In this document: one piece after another, positions 38,223-48,257 of the stretch
Layout: every line of letters begins with the position of its first letter
How positions within the stretch are numbered: the first letter of the stretch is position 1
From: a virus
Virus record (IMG/VR): IMGVR_UViG_3300047560_000767
Location: 6,356 to 70,355 of that record
Reading direction: 5' to 3' (one strand)
DNA length: 64,000 nucleotides
Notes under the pieces: generated by a model
Seen by the model: the letters and a program-made list of their open reading frames with translations, nothing else
Told to the model about the DNA's origin: nothing
Databases searched by the model: none
Translations under genes and position numbers: made by a program

Positions 38223-39581
38223 TTATTTAAATAAGTCGGCTGTTTTGAGGAAACGTCCGCCCCATAAGGATTTTTCAATCATTTCTGATTGATCCTGCAC
38301 GATCTCGCCTAGATCGCCAGACTTTCGGAAAGCCGTATCTGCTTCTACTGCATCTACACGCTTACCAAACTTTTGAACTGCATCTCTTGTAGAAGAAATA
38401 TCTTTGGCAACTTCTTCAAGAGACTGTCTTACTGTATCAGCAGTAACCGCTGAAGACTTCAGTACTTCTACCTCTGCCTGCAATGATTTAACTGTTGATA
38501 AGAGATCGCTAAAGGCTGATGTGATTGTATTATTTAGTTCAGCAATTGACTGAGCAACTACATCATCTGACTTTTTTGCTTTCATCTCTTCTTCTTCAGC
38601 ATTTGGATTTCCTGCTTCTGACTCTTGGTCAGCAGCATCTTCCTTATCTGGATTTGCAGCCTTTTCAGTTTCTTCAGCATCTTTGGTTTTTTCAGAATCT
38701 TCTGAATCCATTGTTGCTGCTTTCTCTGTTTCGACTGCTGGAGTTTCAGCAACAGCCTCTGGAGCGATTTCTTCTGACGCCTGAACATCTGTTGTTTCTT
38801 CAACAACTGTTGTATCTTCTGTCATCGGATCTACCTCCTTAATAGTCTTAGCATCAATGCCTTTAGCACTATCAACTAAGATTTTGACTATATCCATTTT
38901 TTCGTTGTCGTTTTTTTCAACGAAACCTATATTTTTCATCTCTGTGCCATTTACTGGACTTACTACAGATTCTTCATCTGATAACATGATGATTCCTGAT
39001 TGTTCATCATAAAAAACATTTTCAAGGTCTACATCTACGTTAACGCTCTTAACTACGTCAACACCATCTACCTTTTCTACAGACATGATATTTGCAAATT
39101 GATTTGCTGGTGAGTCAACTAATGACAATTCTACCAAATCATAATCCTTAATAATTCTAATTGTTGAGTCTGACTTTTCATCATATCCGTCATCCCACTT
39201 ATTCATTCTACCACCAATTGAAAAACCAGTGTAGGTATTATCTAAAACTTTTTCCCAGCAATCCTGAGCACCCTTTGAAATATATGCAGATACAAAAACT
39301 CCATTATAGAACTTTTTGCTTTCTGGATCAAAGTACTTATCTTGTTTGAATGCCACCATTTTGCCAACTGCAGATGGTTGATGCATTTCACGAATGTTAC
39401 CTCTAAAAGCAGAAAAAGCCTTTAGAGATGCTTCTGCAGTAACGATGTCGCCCTGCTTATCAACGTTGTCAAGGGATGCGAAACCAGAGACGATACGTCT
39501 CTCCTTATCAACCTTCGCAAATGGAAGGGAAAGCCTAACTGAATCCCCATCGGTATTCCAATGAGCCTTTGATATAGTCAT
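38223..39581 (-). CDS. prohead protease fused to scaffold
   Basis: RIVSGFAS..DKQGD, REMH, GFSIGG, ELSLVDSPAN; acidic linker and coiled-coil C-terminus. Confidence 0.9.
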   Translation of the reverse strand: MTISKAHWNTDGDSVRLSLPFAKVDKERRIVSGFASLDNVDKQGDIVTAEASLKAFSAFRGNIREMHQPSAVGKMVAFKQDKYFDPESKKFYNGVFVSAYISKGAQDCWEKVLDNTYTGFSIGGRMNKWDDGYDEKSDSTIRIIKDYDLVELSLVDSPANQFANIMSVEKVDGVDVVKSVNVDVDLENVFYDEQSGIIMLSDEESVVSPVNGTEMKNIGFVEKNDNEKMDIVKILVDSAKGIDAKTIKEVDPMTEDTTVVEETTDVQASEEIAPEAVAETPAVETEKAATMDSEDSEKTKDAEETEKAANPDKEDAADQESEAGNPNAEEEEMKAKKSDDVVAQSIAELNNTITSAFSDLLSTVKSLQAEVEVLKSSAVTADTVRQSLEEVAKDISSTRDAVQKFGKRVDAVEADTAFRKSGDLGEIVQDQSEMIEKSLWGGRFLKTADLFK

Positions 39582-39619
39582 ACTAAGTATATTATATACC
39601 CTTTTTTACTAGTTCTCAT

Positions 39620-41224
39620 TTATTGAGATGCCCTGCCTTGACCTTTTGGATTTCTACCACTAATTGTGGCAGCACCATCAGATTGGTTGTTCATTCTATC
39701 AGAGTTTCTTTGTCTATCAGCAGTTGCATTTGCTGCATCCTGTGGCTTAAGGTCTAGAGGTTCATCTCCGCCCTTACGCTGTGGAAGACCAAGAACTTCT
39801 CTTGCTTCATTAGGAAGCATGACCTGAGTCTTAACATATCTTTCAAGAATTTGAGATTGAGCGATTTCATCAGTAAGTGTAAGTTCCTTAAACTTAAGAA
39901 CCAGTACATCAGTTCTTTCCTTAACAACCTTAGACAAAACCTTTTCTAATTCTTTTTGTGCTGGTCTTGCAACCTGCTCCTTAAAAGTACGATCTTGTGC
40001 AAGTGCAGCAGCAATTGCAGCAGAGTCTCCTCCACCAATCTTAGAGAGAGGAACCTGATGTGCTACCAAAATGTCATCACGATTTTGTCTTCTGTATTCC
40101 TTAAATGAACCTTCTTGCACACCATTTTCAATTGGTTCCATTTTGAACTCAACCTTATTGGTATCTGAATCTCCAGGAAGAGGAATATAAAGTGTTCTGT
40201 GAGACTGCCCCTTTAGATTTGTCTGAAGGAATCTAAACATTTTATCTTCGGCATCAGATGATAACTTTGCACCCTTAAGAGTTACAACATATCGTGGGAC
40301 TGCCTTATTGCTGAAATAATCGATGTTATATTGTGATGCAAGTTGATCACCATATAAAGAATTAATTGCAGACATAATATCTGGTACACCATAGAATGTA
40401 TTTAATGGTGAATATGACTTAAAGTGAATAATTTCATTTGGACGTGGATCCGATCCAATTGGATTTGGATTTGTAGCACCAAAGTTTCTAAAGTAAACAA
40501 CCTTTTGTCCAATTACTTGAACATATCCATCACGAAGGCGACGAACTCTCATTGTTGTTGCAGGAATATGACCAATATAACCAATCTCACCGCTAGTAGT
40601 TCTACCTACTTCAAGATACCCGTTTCCAATTGCTTGGACATCGGTAAAAACTTTCATCATTGTAGTTGTAAATGAATCATCATTATTTAAAGATTCAAGC
40701 CAATCACGCATTTCAATCTTTGCACGCTCAATGCGATTTCTTGCTCTATCTACCTGGGCAGAGTCAGCATTAGATTCTAGACGCAACATAGTTGTTGGTG
40801 AAATTTCAAAATCGTAACCTAGTCCAACAATGTTTGATACCTTTGCATCGATGGCTGCGTGATTAGCGAAAGATGTATCGTAAAAACTTGCAAGTTCGTA
40901 AACATTCCATGGTGGAGTAATTACATCAAATAGTCCGTATGCATTTCGATATACGGTGCCTGGATTAATTTCTTTAGACTTTGCATCATCTCTACCAGTT
41001 TGAACAGTAAGTGCACTGTCCATGTATCGTTGATTATTGTCTGGAGCAAGAGACTTTTCAACAAGTCTTCCTGTTCTTCTTTTAAAATTATTATCAAGTC
41101 CAGCATATGTCTTAAGTTCATTCCAAGACTTATTGAATGGATCTTCTTGCTTAAACTGATCTAAATTATCAGTAGCGTTGCCTAGTCGTGCACCAATGAT
41201 GTATTCGTTCTCTTCATCACTCAT
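39620..41224 (-). CDS. portal protein
   Basis: GNGYLE, EIIHFK...YGVP, YFSNKAVP, NEAR..LGLP. Confidence 0.92.
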   Translation of the reverse strand: MSDEENEYIIGARLGNATDNLDQFKQEDPFNKSWNELKTYAGLDNNFKRRTGRLVEKSLAPDNNQRYMDSALTVQTGRDDAKSKEINPGTVYRNAYGLFDVITPPWNVYELASFYDTSFANHAAIDAKVSNIVGLGYDFEISPTTMLRLESNADSAQVDRARNRIERAKIEMRDWLESLNNDDSFTTTMMKVFTDVQAIGNGYLEVGRTTSGEIGYIGHIPATTMRVRRLRDGYVQVIGQKVVYFRNFGATNPNPIGSDPRPNEIIHFKSYSPLNTFYGVPDIMSAINSLYGDQLASQYNIDYFSNKAVPRYVVTLKGAKLSSDAEDKMFRFLQTNLKGQSHRTLYIPLPGDSDTNKVEFKMEPIENGVQEGSFKEYRRQNRDDILVAHQVPLSKIGGGDSAAIAAALAQDRTFKEQVARPAQKELEKVLSKVVKERTDVLVLKFKELTLTDEIAQSQILERYVKTQVMLPNEAREVLGLPQRKGGDEPLDLKPQDAANATADRQRNSDRMNNQSDGAATISGRNPKGQGRASQ

Positions 41225-41628
41225 TAGTCATCCGCTCCATACTTTGCGATTGTATCCTTTGCAGCCTGAACTGCACCAAGGTCATTAAGATTAGGAATGA
41301 GACCATTTTTCATACGCTCTACCTGCTCTTCATATCCTTCATCATCAATTCTAGCAACACCAGCAAAGAAGTATGGCTCACCCTCTGGTTCTCCATAGTA
41401 TGCTGCTGCTTGTTTGAGTTCTGCAATCTTAGAAAGATCGCCCTTCATTGCAGGAATGTTAAGGATGTTTCCCTGACCATCAGTAAACCATTTGCCATTA
41501 GATTTCTTCCAAACATAGACGCCCCAGTCATACTGTTTTTCAATCATTGTGACTTTGGTTTCGCCAATTTGACCTGGCATTCTTGGTTTGCCGTCTTTAC
41601 CGATTAATGGACCATTCTCATACTTCAT
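41224..41628 (-). CDS. conserved hypothetical protein
   Basis: Likely leaderless start (TATACT 7 nt upstream); coupled to the portal gene. Confidence 0.6.
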   Translation of the reverse strand: MKYENGPLIGKDGKPRMPGQIGETKVTMIEKQYDWGVYVWKKSNGKWFTDGQGNILNIPAMKGDLSKIAELKQAAAYYGEPEGEPYFFAGVARIDDEGYEEQVERMKNGLIPNLNDLGAVQAAKDTIAKYGADD

Positions 41629-41646
41629 AACCATAAGTATACCATA

Positions 41647-44600
41647 CTATACTGGATTCTGTATCTGTGATTGCCAAGTTATATCTTGATATGCTGCATA
41701 TTGATATCCACCAAACTGGAAAACAGAGTCATCTTCAATAATAATCTTGTTAGTTCCAGTAAATGCTTTATAGATATCAGACGGATTTACTCCATAGTAG
41801 GATGTTGAGGATATGACCAACATGCCTCTCCATAGGTATGCTTCAGCCCAGTAGTTCCAGTCTAACTCTAATTGTCCAGAATACTGAACTCTAAACCATG
41901 GTCTACTGGTTACCTTTTGAACTTCCTGTAGGTTTGTAGATTGATAATATGATACATTATTAAATAATATTGGACCATTTATCCTGATAGATCCCGCAAA
42001 ATTAACAAAATTCAAAACATTAGAAAAAGAAATTCCTAGTAGTCCCCATTCACGAATTGTCATAATTGGTTCTTTTACCAACTGACCATTCCAGTAGAAG
42101 GTTATACCATCTTCAATTTGTCCAGTTTGAGCATTAATAGCATAGATTCTGGCTCTATTTCCAGTATCGCTGTTTGCTTCCATAAAGAATTTTATAATTC
42201 CACTCTTACTTTCAATTTCAAAAATCTCAACTGGAAGTGCTTCAAAACTATTTTGGTTATATCTTAAATACATCTGCATTGCCATAACCTTATATCCATC
42301 AGCCTGGTTTTGATTAATTGGAATTAAGATACCACGATTAATTAGTGGGTCATAGTCTCCACGTAATTCTATGCCAGAGTCTCTTGTCAAGTAGAGGTGT
42401 GGGGAACTTCCCTTATAAATGCTATATGGGTTTTCGGATTTATAATCAAAATAAATACCGCTCTTTTTATATGGATAAATTGGAACACCAAAACGTGTTC
42501 CTATCTTATTATCTCCACCAGCATTTAGTGTTTGTGATGCATACTGTAAAGATCTAATTGTGATTGGATTAGAAACTACGTCATCAACTGATACATGTAT
42601 ATGTGTTACAAGTGCAAGAGTCTTTAAATCTATACCTCTTGGTGGATAAATAATTGCATTGTCAACAACTTCATACATTGTAGTCATCCACTCTGCCCCT
42701 GGTCTTACAATGCCATTGTTTGATAAAGGAACTATGTCTATAAAAGCAGACTCTGGACTGTTGGCACCAGTTGATAGATATTGAAAGGTTACATAGGTTT
42801 TAACTTTTGACTTTGTTGTGTCGTATGAATATCTAGTCGTTAAATTATTTGATAAATCTTCATAATCGGCATATCCAGTAAAAAGTTGATTATCTAGCGA
42901 ATCGTACTGTCTTTGTATTGGTGAAGAATATTTCTGATTCAATTCTTGGTATGTCCAAGATGATCTTTCAACTGTCTTCATAAATAAAGAAGGTGCTGGA
43001 TAGTCAATATTGAACTGAATAAAATCTAAATCATATTTTTGCGTTCCATCAATATCGGTGACGTACTTTGCAAAATATGTTAACGGAATGTGGTCTTCCC
43101 AATATCCATCAATAGAGACTCCAAATTTCTTTTTGCCGAATCTAGAAGTAATTGACAGTTTGTAACTTGGTACGTGTTGTGATAAAAACTGAGGTAAAAA
43201 TGTAGAAACAATTCCACCGCTAATATAATATGTCCAGAATGATGGACTTACTTTAACAAAAACATCATTCGCATCATAATATCCACCACTAGCAAAAGGA
43301 TTGGCATCTGCATCAATTTCTACATATTCAGGATATGTTTCAAAGATATTCAAATAATCCATAGGTAGACCTCTGGCATCAAAGAAACCTACGGCACCAC
43401 GGAAGTTCCTGCTTGAACATAAAGCAAAAGTATAAATTTTTCCCGTAAAGGTATTTGTGAATTCTTTAGTTCCACCAACATAAACTGAGAGGGCTGATCT
43501 ATTACCAAAAAATGCTGCAACACTGCCACCAAAATAAGAAACAAAGTCTGAAACCTTAAGACCAACTGCAAACTTTTCGTTAATTGCCGTAGGGTATGCT
43601 GTATAAATTGCTTGTCCAGATAAAGAGTAAACAATGGAGTTATCAACAATGTCGATGGAGAAGTGTTCTCCAGTTAAACTATTTTCAATTCTAATTAATG
43701 TCTGAGTTGATGATTCATGTTCAACTCTTTTAAAAATTCCGTAAATACAATCTGTATCTCTATTAAGAAGATTAAATTTTTCAATAAAAATATTTCCGTT
43801 TACAGAGTTCCAAGTTGAATTTGGTCTAAAGGTAAAAGGAAGATCTTCCCCCTCAATAAGATTGATTAGTTCTTCTGCTGTCTTATCGGATAGATTAATT
43901 ACTGGTTCTATATAGTCACCCAGAGAAAGGGCTGACTTCTTTACCGCAAGATTATCTAAAAATCCCTGCGACCATTTCCCTAAGTCTGGATATGTATAAT
44001 TATTTGAATATTCTGCAAATGGATAATCTATGTACATAGAAGTTCCGCTATATGCAGTATTAATGTTTTCTGGGAACTCTACTCCCTGACCATAGACAAA
44101 ACGTCTTTTAGCAACAACAGAAGGAACCTGATACGGATAAATAGCAACACAGTCAACCTCTAATTGTGGAACATCTTCATAGGCATAAAATCCAAGCCAG
44201 TCTTGACTTTTCCCATTTACATATTCTAGTGGTAACGACAATTCATTTGTCATAAAGGTTAATTCTATGACCTGTTCTCCGTTTATCATTAAACTTGCAG
44301 TATTATGACCAATTCTTAAATCAACGAGCATTGGTCTTTCCCATTTACCAACATAATGAGATCCAATATGGTCATTAATTTTAAGAACCATAAATGGACC
44401 ATTGACGTAAATTCCATCATCAGAATTTATTGGTCCGAATATTTTTCTATCTATAGTTGTATTAGAATGTACGCTAATCCAAAACTCTACTGTTTGCTCT
44501 TTATGCTGTCCGACACTATTTAAAATTCCACACCCAGGAAGGACTAAAGATGGCTTTCCATCGTTAGCAAGAACCTTTGTAATATTTGTAGAGCCAAAAA

Positions 44601-45360
44601 CTAATGGAATTCCAACGTTTTGAGCCATTAAAGCATTGTCTTTAACTAGGTAATAGGCATTGCTTTCTGATAAACCGTATGTTTTAGCAGGTACTGCAAG
44701 GTCCTGCTCTAAATTAATATCCGATGGGAATGCACTAGGAACTATGCCAAGAGAAGATGTATGAAAGTTTTCTGCCCATTGACCTAAAGAAAAACCATTT
44801 TGATAAAATTTGTGATGACTAATATCTGTATTTGGAACTACCACATATCCAATTTTAATAAATGGAACTACGCTATCTGTAATATGTGATAATGTTGGAG
44901 CATCAAATGTTTCTGAAATGAAAAACCAATTATCATTTAGATTAGTTTCATACTTCTTTTCTACAGTTGCATATGTTTCTTTTGCATGATCATAATATCT
45001 ATATCCAATTGTTGCACTTTCAATATATGGCGTATCGGAATAGATATACGTGCCCATTGAAAAAGTAGACAATGTTTTGTTTAATGTATTTGGATTTATA
45101 CTTATGTTTCCATATAGTGTTACCTCAGAATATCCTTCGGAAGGCAGCGTTGGATTGATAAGAGTTACAGAAGAGTTTTCAAAAGGTGAATTTGGAAAAT
45201 TTACTGCTGCCTCTGCCGTACCACCGCTGACTTCCCAAGAAAAAATATCATGGTTTCCACCAGTTAAATCAATATAATCAGCATTATCATCTAAAGACCA
45301 AAGTCTTAGTGGATGCTCTGCAAATACCTTTTCTGCATATAGATTTGATGGATTAAACAT
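41647..45360 (-). CDS. large virion structural protein (LamG/ConA-like domains)
   Basis: HPLRLWSLDD, TVEFW and VAIY motifs; 1237 aa. Confidence 0.6.
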   Translation of the reverse strand: MFNPSNLYAEKVFAEHPLRLWSLDDNADYIDLTGGNHDIFSWEVSGGTAEAAVNFPNSPFENSSVTLINPTLPSEGYSEVTLYGNISINPNTLNKTLSTFSMGTYIYSDTPYIESATIGYRYYDHAKETYATVEKKYETNLNDNWFFISETFDAPTLSHITDSVVPFIKIGYVVVPNTDISHHKFYQNGFSLGQWAENFHTSSLGIVPSAFPSDINLEQDLAVPAKTYGLSESNAYYLVKDNALMAQNVGIPLVFGSTNITKVLANDGKPSLVLPGCGILNSVGQHKEQTVEFWISVHSNTTIDRKIFGPINSDDGIYVNGPFMVLKINDHIGSHYVGKWERPMLVDLRIGHNTASLMINGEQVIELTFMTNELSLPLEYVNGKSQDWLGFYAYEDVPQLEVDCVAIYPYQVPSVVAKRRFVYGQGVEFPENINTAYSGTSMYIDYPFAEYSNNYTYPDLGKWSQGFLDNLAVKKSALSLGDYIEPVINLSDKTAEELINLIEGEDLPFTFRPNSTWNSVNGNIFIEKFNLLNRDTDCIYGIFKRVEHESSTQTLIRIENSLTGEHFSIDIVDNSIVYSLSGQAIYTAYPTAINEKFAVGLKVSDFVSYFGGSVAAFFGNRSALSVYVGGTKEFTNTFTGKIYTFALCSSRNFRGAVGFFDARGLPMDYLNIFETYPEYVEIDADANPFASGGYYDANDVFVKVSPSFWTYYISGGIVSTFLPQFLSQHVPSYKLSITSRFGKKKFGVSIDGYWEDHIPLTYFAKYVTDIDGTQKYDLDFIQFNIDYPAPSLFMKTVERSSWTYQELNQKYSSPIQRQYDSLDNQLFTGYADYEDLSNNLTTRYSYDTTKSKVKTYVTFQYLSTGANSPESAFIDIVPLSNNGIVRPGAEWMTTMYEVVDNAIIYPPRGIDLKTLALVTHIHVSVDDVVSNPITIRSLQYASQTLNAGGDNKIGTRFGVPIYPYKKSGIYFDYKSENPYSIYKGSSPHLYLTRDSGIELRGDYDPLINRGILIPINQNQADGYKVMAMQMYLRYNQNSFEALPVEIFEIESKSGIIKFFMEANSDTGNRARIYAINAQTGQIEDGITFYWNGQLVKEPIMTIREWGLLGISFSNVLNFVNFAGSIRINGPILFNNVSYYQSTNLQEVQKVTSRPWFRVQYSGQLELDWNYWAEAYLWRGMLVISSTSYYGVNPSDIYKAFTGTNKIIIEDDSVFQFGGYQYAAYQDITWQSQIQNPV

Positions 45361-45380
45361 TATAGGTATATTTTATCATA

Positions 45381-47411
45381 CTATGGCAACTTTATTTCAC
45401 AAGCATCCGTAGTACAATATGCTTCACCTTGAGCCTCAAGGTTATCAACACCATCATAAATAGCAGAAAAATCAATCTTTTTAATTTGACCAATATATTC
45501 ATTATATTCGTCTTCTGTAATTTGAGTATATGGTTGTTGTGGATAAACAGTATTTCCCATTGGAAGGAATGATACTGCCTTCAACTGCCCCTCATACATA
45601 TGAAGTGCTGGAGCAACATGCTTAGATTCTGTTTCCTTGTCAAAGGACAGGGTTACAGAAACTCCATTATCTGACCAATACTTTTGTGCAGTTGCTGCAA
45701 GAGCAATCTTTTCAAATAATGTTACATCTTTTTCAGAACGAGGATGCCCAGACTTTACAGGGAAATACACTACTGAAGTATTTGCTGATACTAGATCTTT
45801 TTCAATCTTGTATCCCGCTGCTTTAAAGAGATGCATCATTGGATCAGTCTCTCCAAAACGAATTGCACGAAGGAAATAATTTCCTCCAGGACCCCAGTGA
45901 ACACCAGGTGTTGCACCAGAAAGAATTGATACAGAGCCAGAAGGCTTAACTGTAGTTACACGAATTGATTCACGAACACAGAGCCATTCTGAATATTGAC
46001 GATCATACTTACGAATTGTATTGTAACCTTCGTCCATCCATTCACGAACAACTGGAAGACCTTTCTGATCAGCAAATGATGCAATGCCAGTTAATGATGT
46101 ACCAATACGGCGGTTACGTTGCATAATACCGTTTGTCTGCTGCCAGTGAGTTGGAAGTAACGTAACAGTCTTACCATAAAGGTAAGCAAACTTCAATGTC
46201 TTGAGGAAGTCCTCCTTGGATTCATGTCGATTTAGATGAACTTCTACAAGAGTACAAAGTTCGTACGACTCCAATGGTTGCTCCGCACAAGGATTGAAGC
46301 CCATAACACGATAGTCTTTACCATCTGCAGGATCTGCAAGGCGACCATAGTTACGAGCAACATCAAGCCAGATAAAACCTGGCTCTCCGTTATCAACAAT
46401 ACGATCAACATATTGTTCATAGTTCATTCCAACTGTCGCTGAAATAGAATTATTTGACATCCAGGCCCATCCTGGATTTTCTGGATCATATGAGTTACGC
46501 TCAGGGAATGCTTCTGCATTCTTGAGATTAAGGAAGTCTGCATCACCATCTGCACCAAGTGCAAGGGTAGCAGAACGACGAACGTTACCTGCAACTACAC
46601 ATGTACCAATAAGATTAATGATATCTACAATAGCACGTGAATCTAGTGCTTCTCCAGTTCTAGAGCCTACAGCCTTACGTATGCGGTTATGTAGGTCAAT
46701 AAGTGGTTGTGGGCCTGATGCAGTACCTCCAAAGCCCTTAATAGGTGCTCCCAGAGGTCTAATAAGGCTATAGTCAAACTCTTGGATATTTTGATTTGGT
46801 CTTAAGAATGAGTTAATTAATAATCTAATTGATTCTACCCATCCCTCACGAGTGTCTGGGATTTCATAAGTCACTATAGGCTCAGTAGGGGCATAGATTT
46901 GGAATTTCTTATCCTGTCCTACTGTATCAAAGCCAACACCAATGCCAAGCATAAGTGCGTCCATTACCCAAGCAAATAATGCTCCTGGATCATTCTTGTC
47001 AAGATCTTTAGTGGATACCATTGCACAGTTTTGAAGAGCAGCAGAGTTACGCTTTTCCATTGTCATTGCTGTTCCAAATGTCCACATACCACGTCCTGGT
47101 GGTGTCCACTTTAGGTTGAACATTCTATCAAATGCCTCTTGTGCTGACTTCTGTGCTTTGTAGTCATTCCATGGAAGACGATTTTCTTTAGCGTGATTCT
47201 TTTGTACTGAGTACATACCCTCAATTACACGGCGACATACTTCGTGCCAACGTTCTTTAGTTCCATCCTCCTTGATACGAGAATAGGTTCTGATGAATGT
47301 GATTTCACCTAATGAGTTGCTACCAGCATCAACGAATCCAAATGGTGCACTCTTTGCACTATATTCAGTGATAAAATCATCTGGTAAACGAAAACTAAAA
47401 AAATCTGACAT
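45381..47411 (-). CDS. nrdJ: class II (B12-dependent) ribonucleotide reductase, RTPR-like
   Basis: RTYSR, PPGRG.W, NC, GNVRRSA, NPCAEQ, TTVKPSG, C-terminal CTTDAC. Confidence 0.93.
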   Translation of the reverse strand: MSDFFSFRLPDDFITEYSAKSAPFGFVDAGSNSLGEITFIRTYSRIKEDGTKERWHEVCRRVIEGMYSVQKNHAKENRLPWNDYKAQKSAQEAFDRMFNLKWTPPGRGMWTFGTAMTMEKRNSAALQNCAMVSTKDLDKNDPGALFAWVMDALMLGIGVGFDTVGQDKKFQIYAPTEPIVTYEIPDTREGWVESIRLLINSFLRPNQNIQEFDYSLIRPLGAPIKGFGGTASGPQPLIDLHNRIRKAVGSRTGEALDSRAIVDIINLIGTCVVAGNVRRSATLALGADGDADFLNLKNAEAFPERNSYDPENPGWAWMSNNSISATVGMNYEQYVDRIVDNGEPGFIWLDVARNYGRLADPADGKDYRVMGFNPCAEQPLESYELCTLVEVHLNRHESKEDFLKTLKFAYLYGKTVTLLPTHWQQTNGIMQRNRRIGTSLTGIASFADQKGLPVVREWMDEGYNTIRKYDRQYSEWLCVRESIRVTTVKPSGSVSILSGATPGVHWGPGGNYFLRAIRFGETDPMMHLFKAAGYKIEKDLVSANTSVVYFPVKSGHPRSEKDVTLFEKIALAATAQKYWSDNGVSVTLSFDKETESKHVAPALHMYEGQLKAVSFLPMGNTVYPQQPYTQITEDEYNEYIGQIKKIDFSAIYDGVDNLEAQGEAYCTTDACEIKLP

Positions 47412-47448
47412 GATAGAGTTTCTCCTTTATAAAAACTGTAATAAACCA

Positions 47449-47457
47449 ATTATAGCA
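47449..47457 (-). promoter_or_regulatory. extended -10 promoter TGCTATAAT for nrdJ
   Basis: Intergenic; SD AAGGAG downstream. Confidence 0.65.
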
Positions 47458-47499
47458 GAGTTTTATAAAAATGAAAACTCTCAACTAACACTTTAAAGA

Positions 47500-48240
47500 T
47501 TACTGATAATTTTTCTTTTGCCAAAACTTCATGCGATATCCGTTAGCAAAATTAGATCTTACAATTCGTCTTTGAAGATTTGTTTTTTCAGGATCAAAAT
47601 CTTTTACAACTTCAGATTCCCAATCATCTCTTTTAAATGGAATAACCTGAACCATTGGCGTTCCTTGCTTTAGAATTCCTCTAAAGTTTTTCTTTACAAA
47701 AAATGAAAGATGTCCATCTGACCAGAACTTATCAGTGTCAATAATTGCCTCTACTGCAGTTAAAGGTGTTGGTGGTTGATGCATTGGATTAATAAATAAT
47801 GTACTATAACCTTCTGGAGTTTTAACCATCCATGTTGGGTGTAGCCTCAATACAGCATTAACATAAATTCCAGTATCCAATGGCAAATGAGAGACTTGTT
47901 CTGTTGAGTGATTAGCCATTAATTCATTTCTAAATCTTTCCATTTCACCTGGCAACTGTACCTCAAACTTACCGTCTGTAGTATCAATATAAATATCACA
48001 TGGTAATTTTAGGATATACCCGCCTGCCATTGCATCGAAAAATGCTTGACATTTCTTTACAGTGAGTTTAAGGCTGCCATGCTCAACACCCAGTTGATCA
48101 TCTCCAATAATAGAAGGTTGCTTCTTATACCAATCTGGAACATTTCTGCTTGCAGGTTCTGGCAATGGAAATACATCTGCCAAATGTGGATAGGCCTGTA
48201 GGAACTGAACGAGTTTACTTGTTGATTGTTTATTTTTCAT
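47500..48240 (-). CDS. conserved phage protein (DUF6065-like)
   Basis: PDWYK...TVKKC..F.DAM..GY, W..KTP.GYS.LF..P, IDTD, GTPMVQVIPFKR motifs. Confidence 0.6.
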   Translation of the reverse strand: MKNKQSTSKLVQFLQAYPHLADVFPLPEPASRNVPDWYKKQPSIIGDDQLGVEHGSLKLTVKKCQAFFDAMAGGYILKLPCDIYIDTTDGKFEVQLPGEMERFRNELMANHSTEQVSHLPLDTGIYVNAVLRLHPTWMVKTPEGYSTLFINPMHQPPTPLTAVEAIIDTDKFWSDGHLSFFVKKNFRGILKQGTPMVQVIPFKRDDWESEVVKDFDPEKTNLQRRIVRSNFANGYRMKFWQKKNYQ

Positions 48241-48257
48241 ACAACAAGTATATCATA

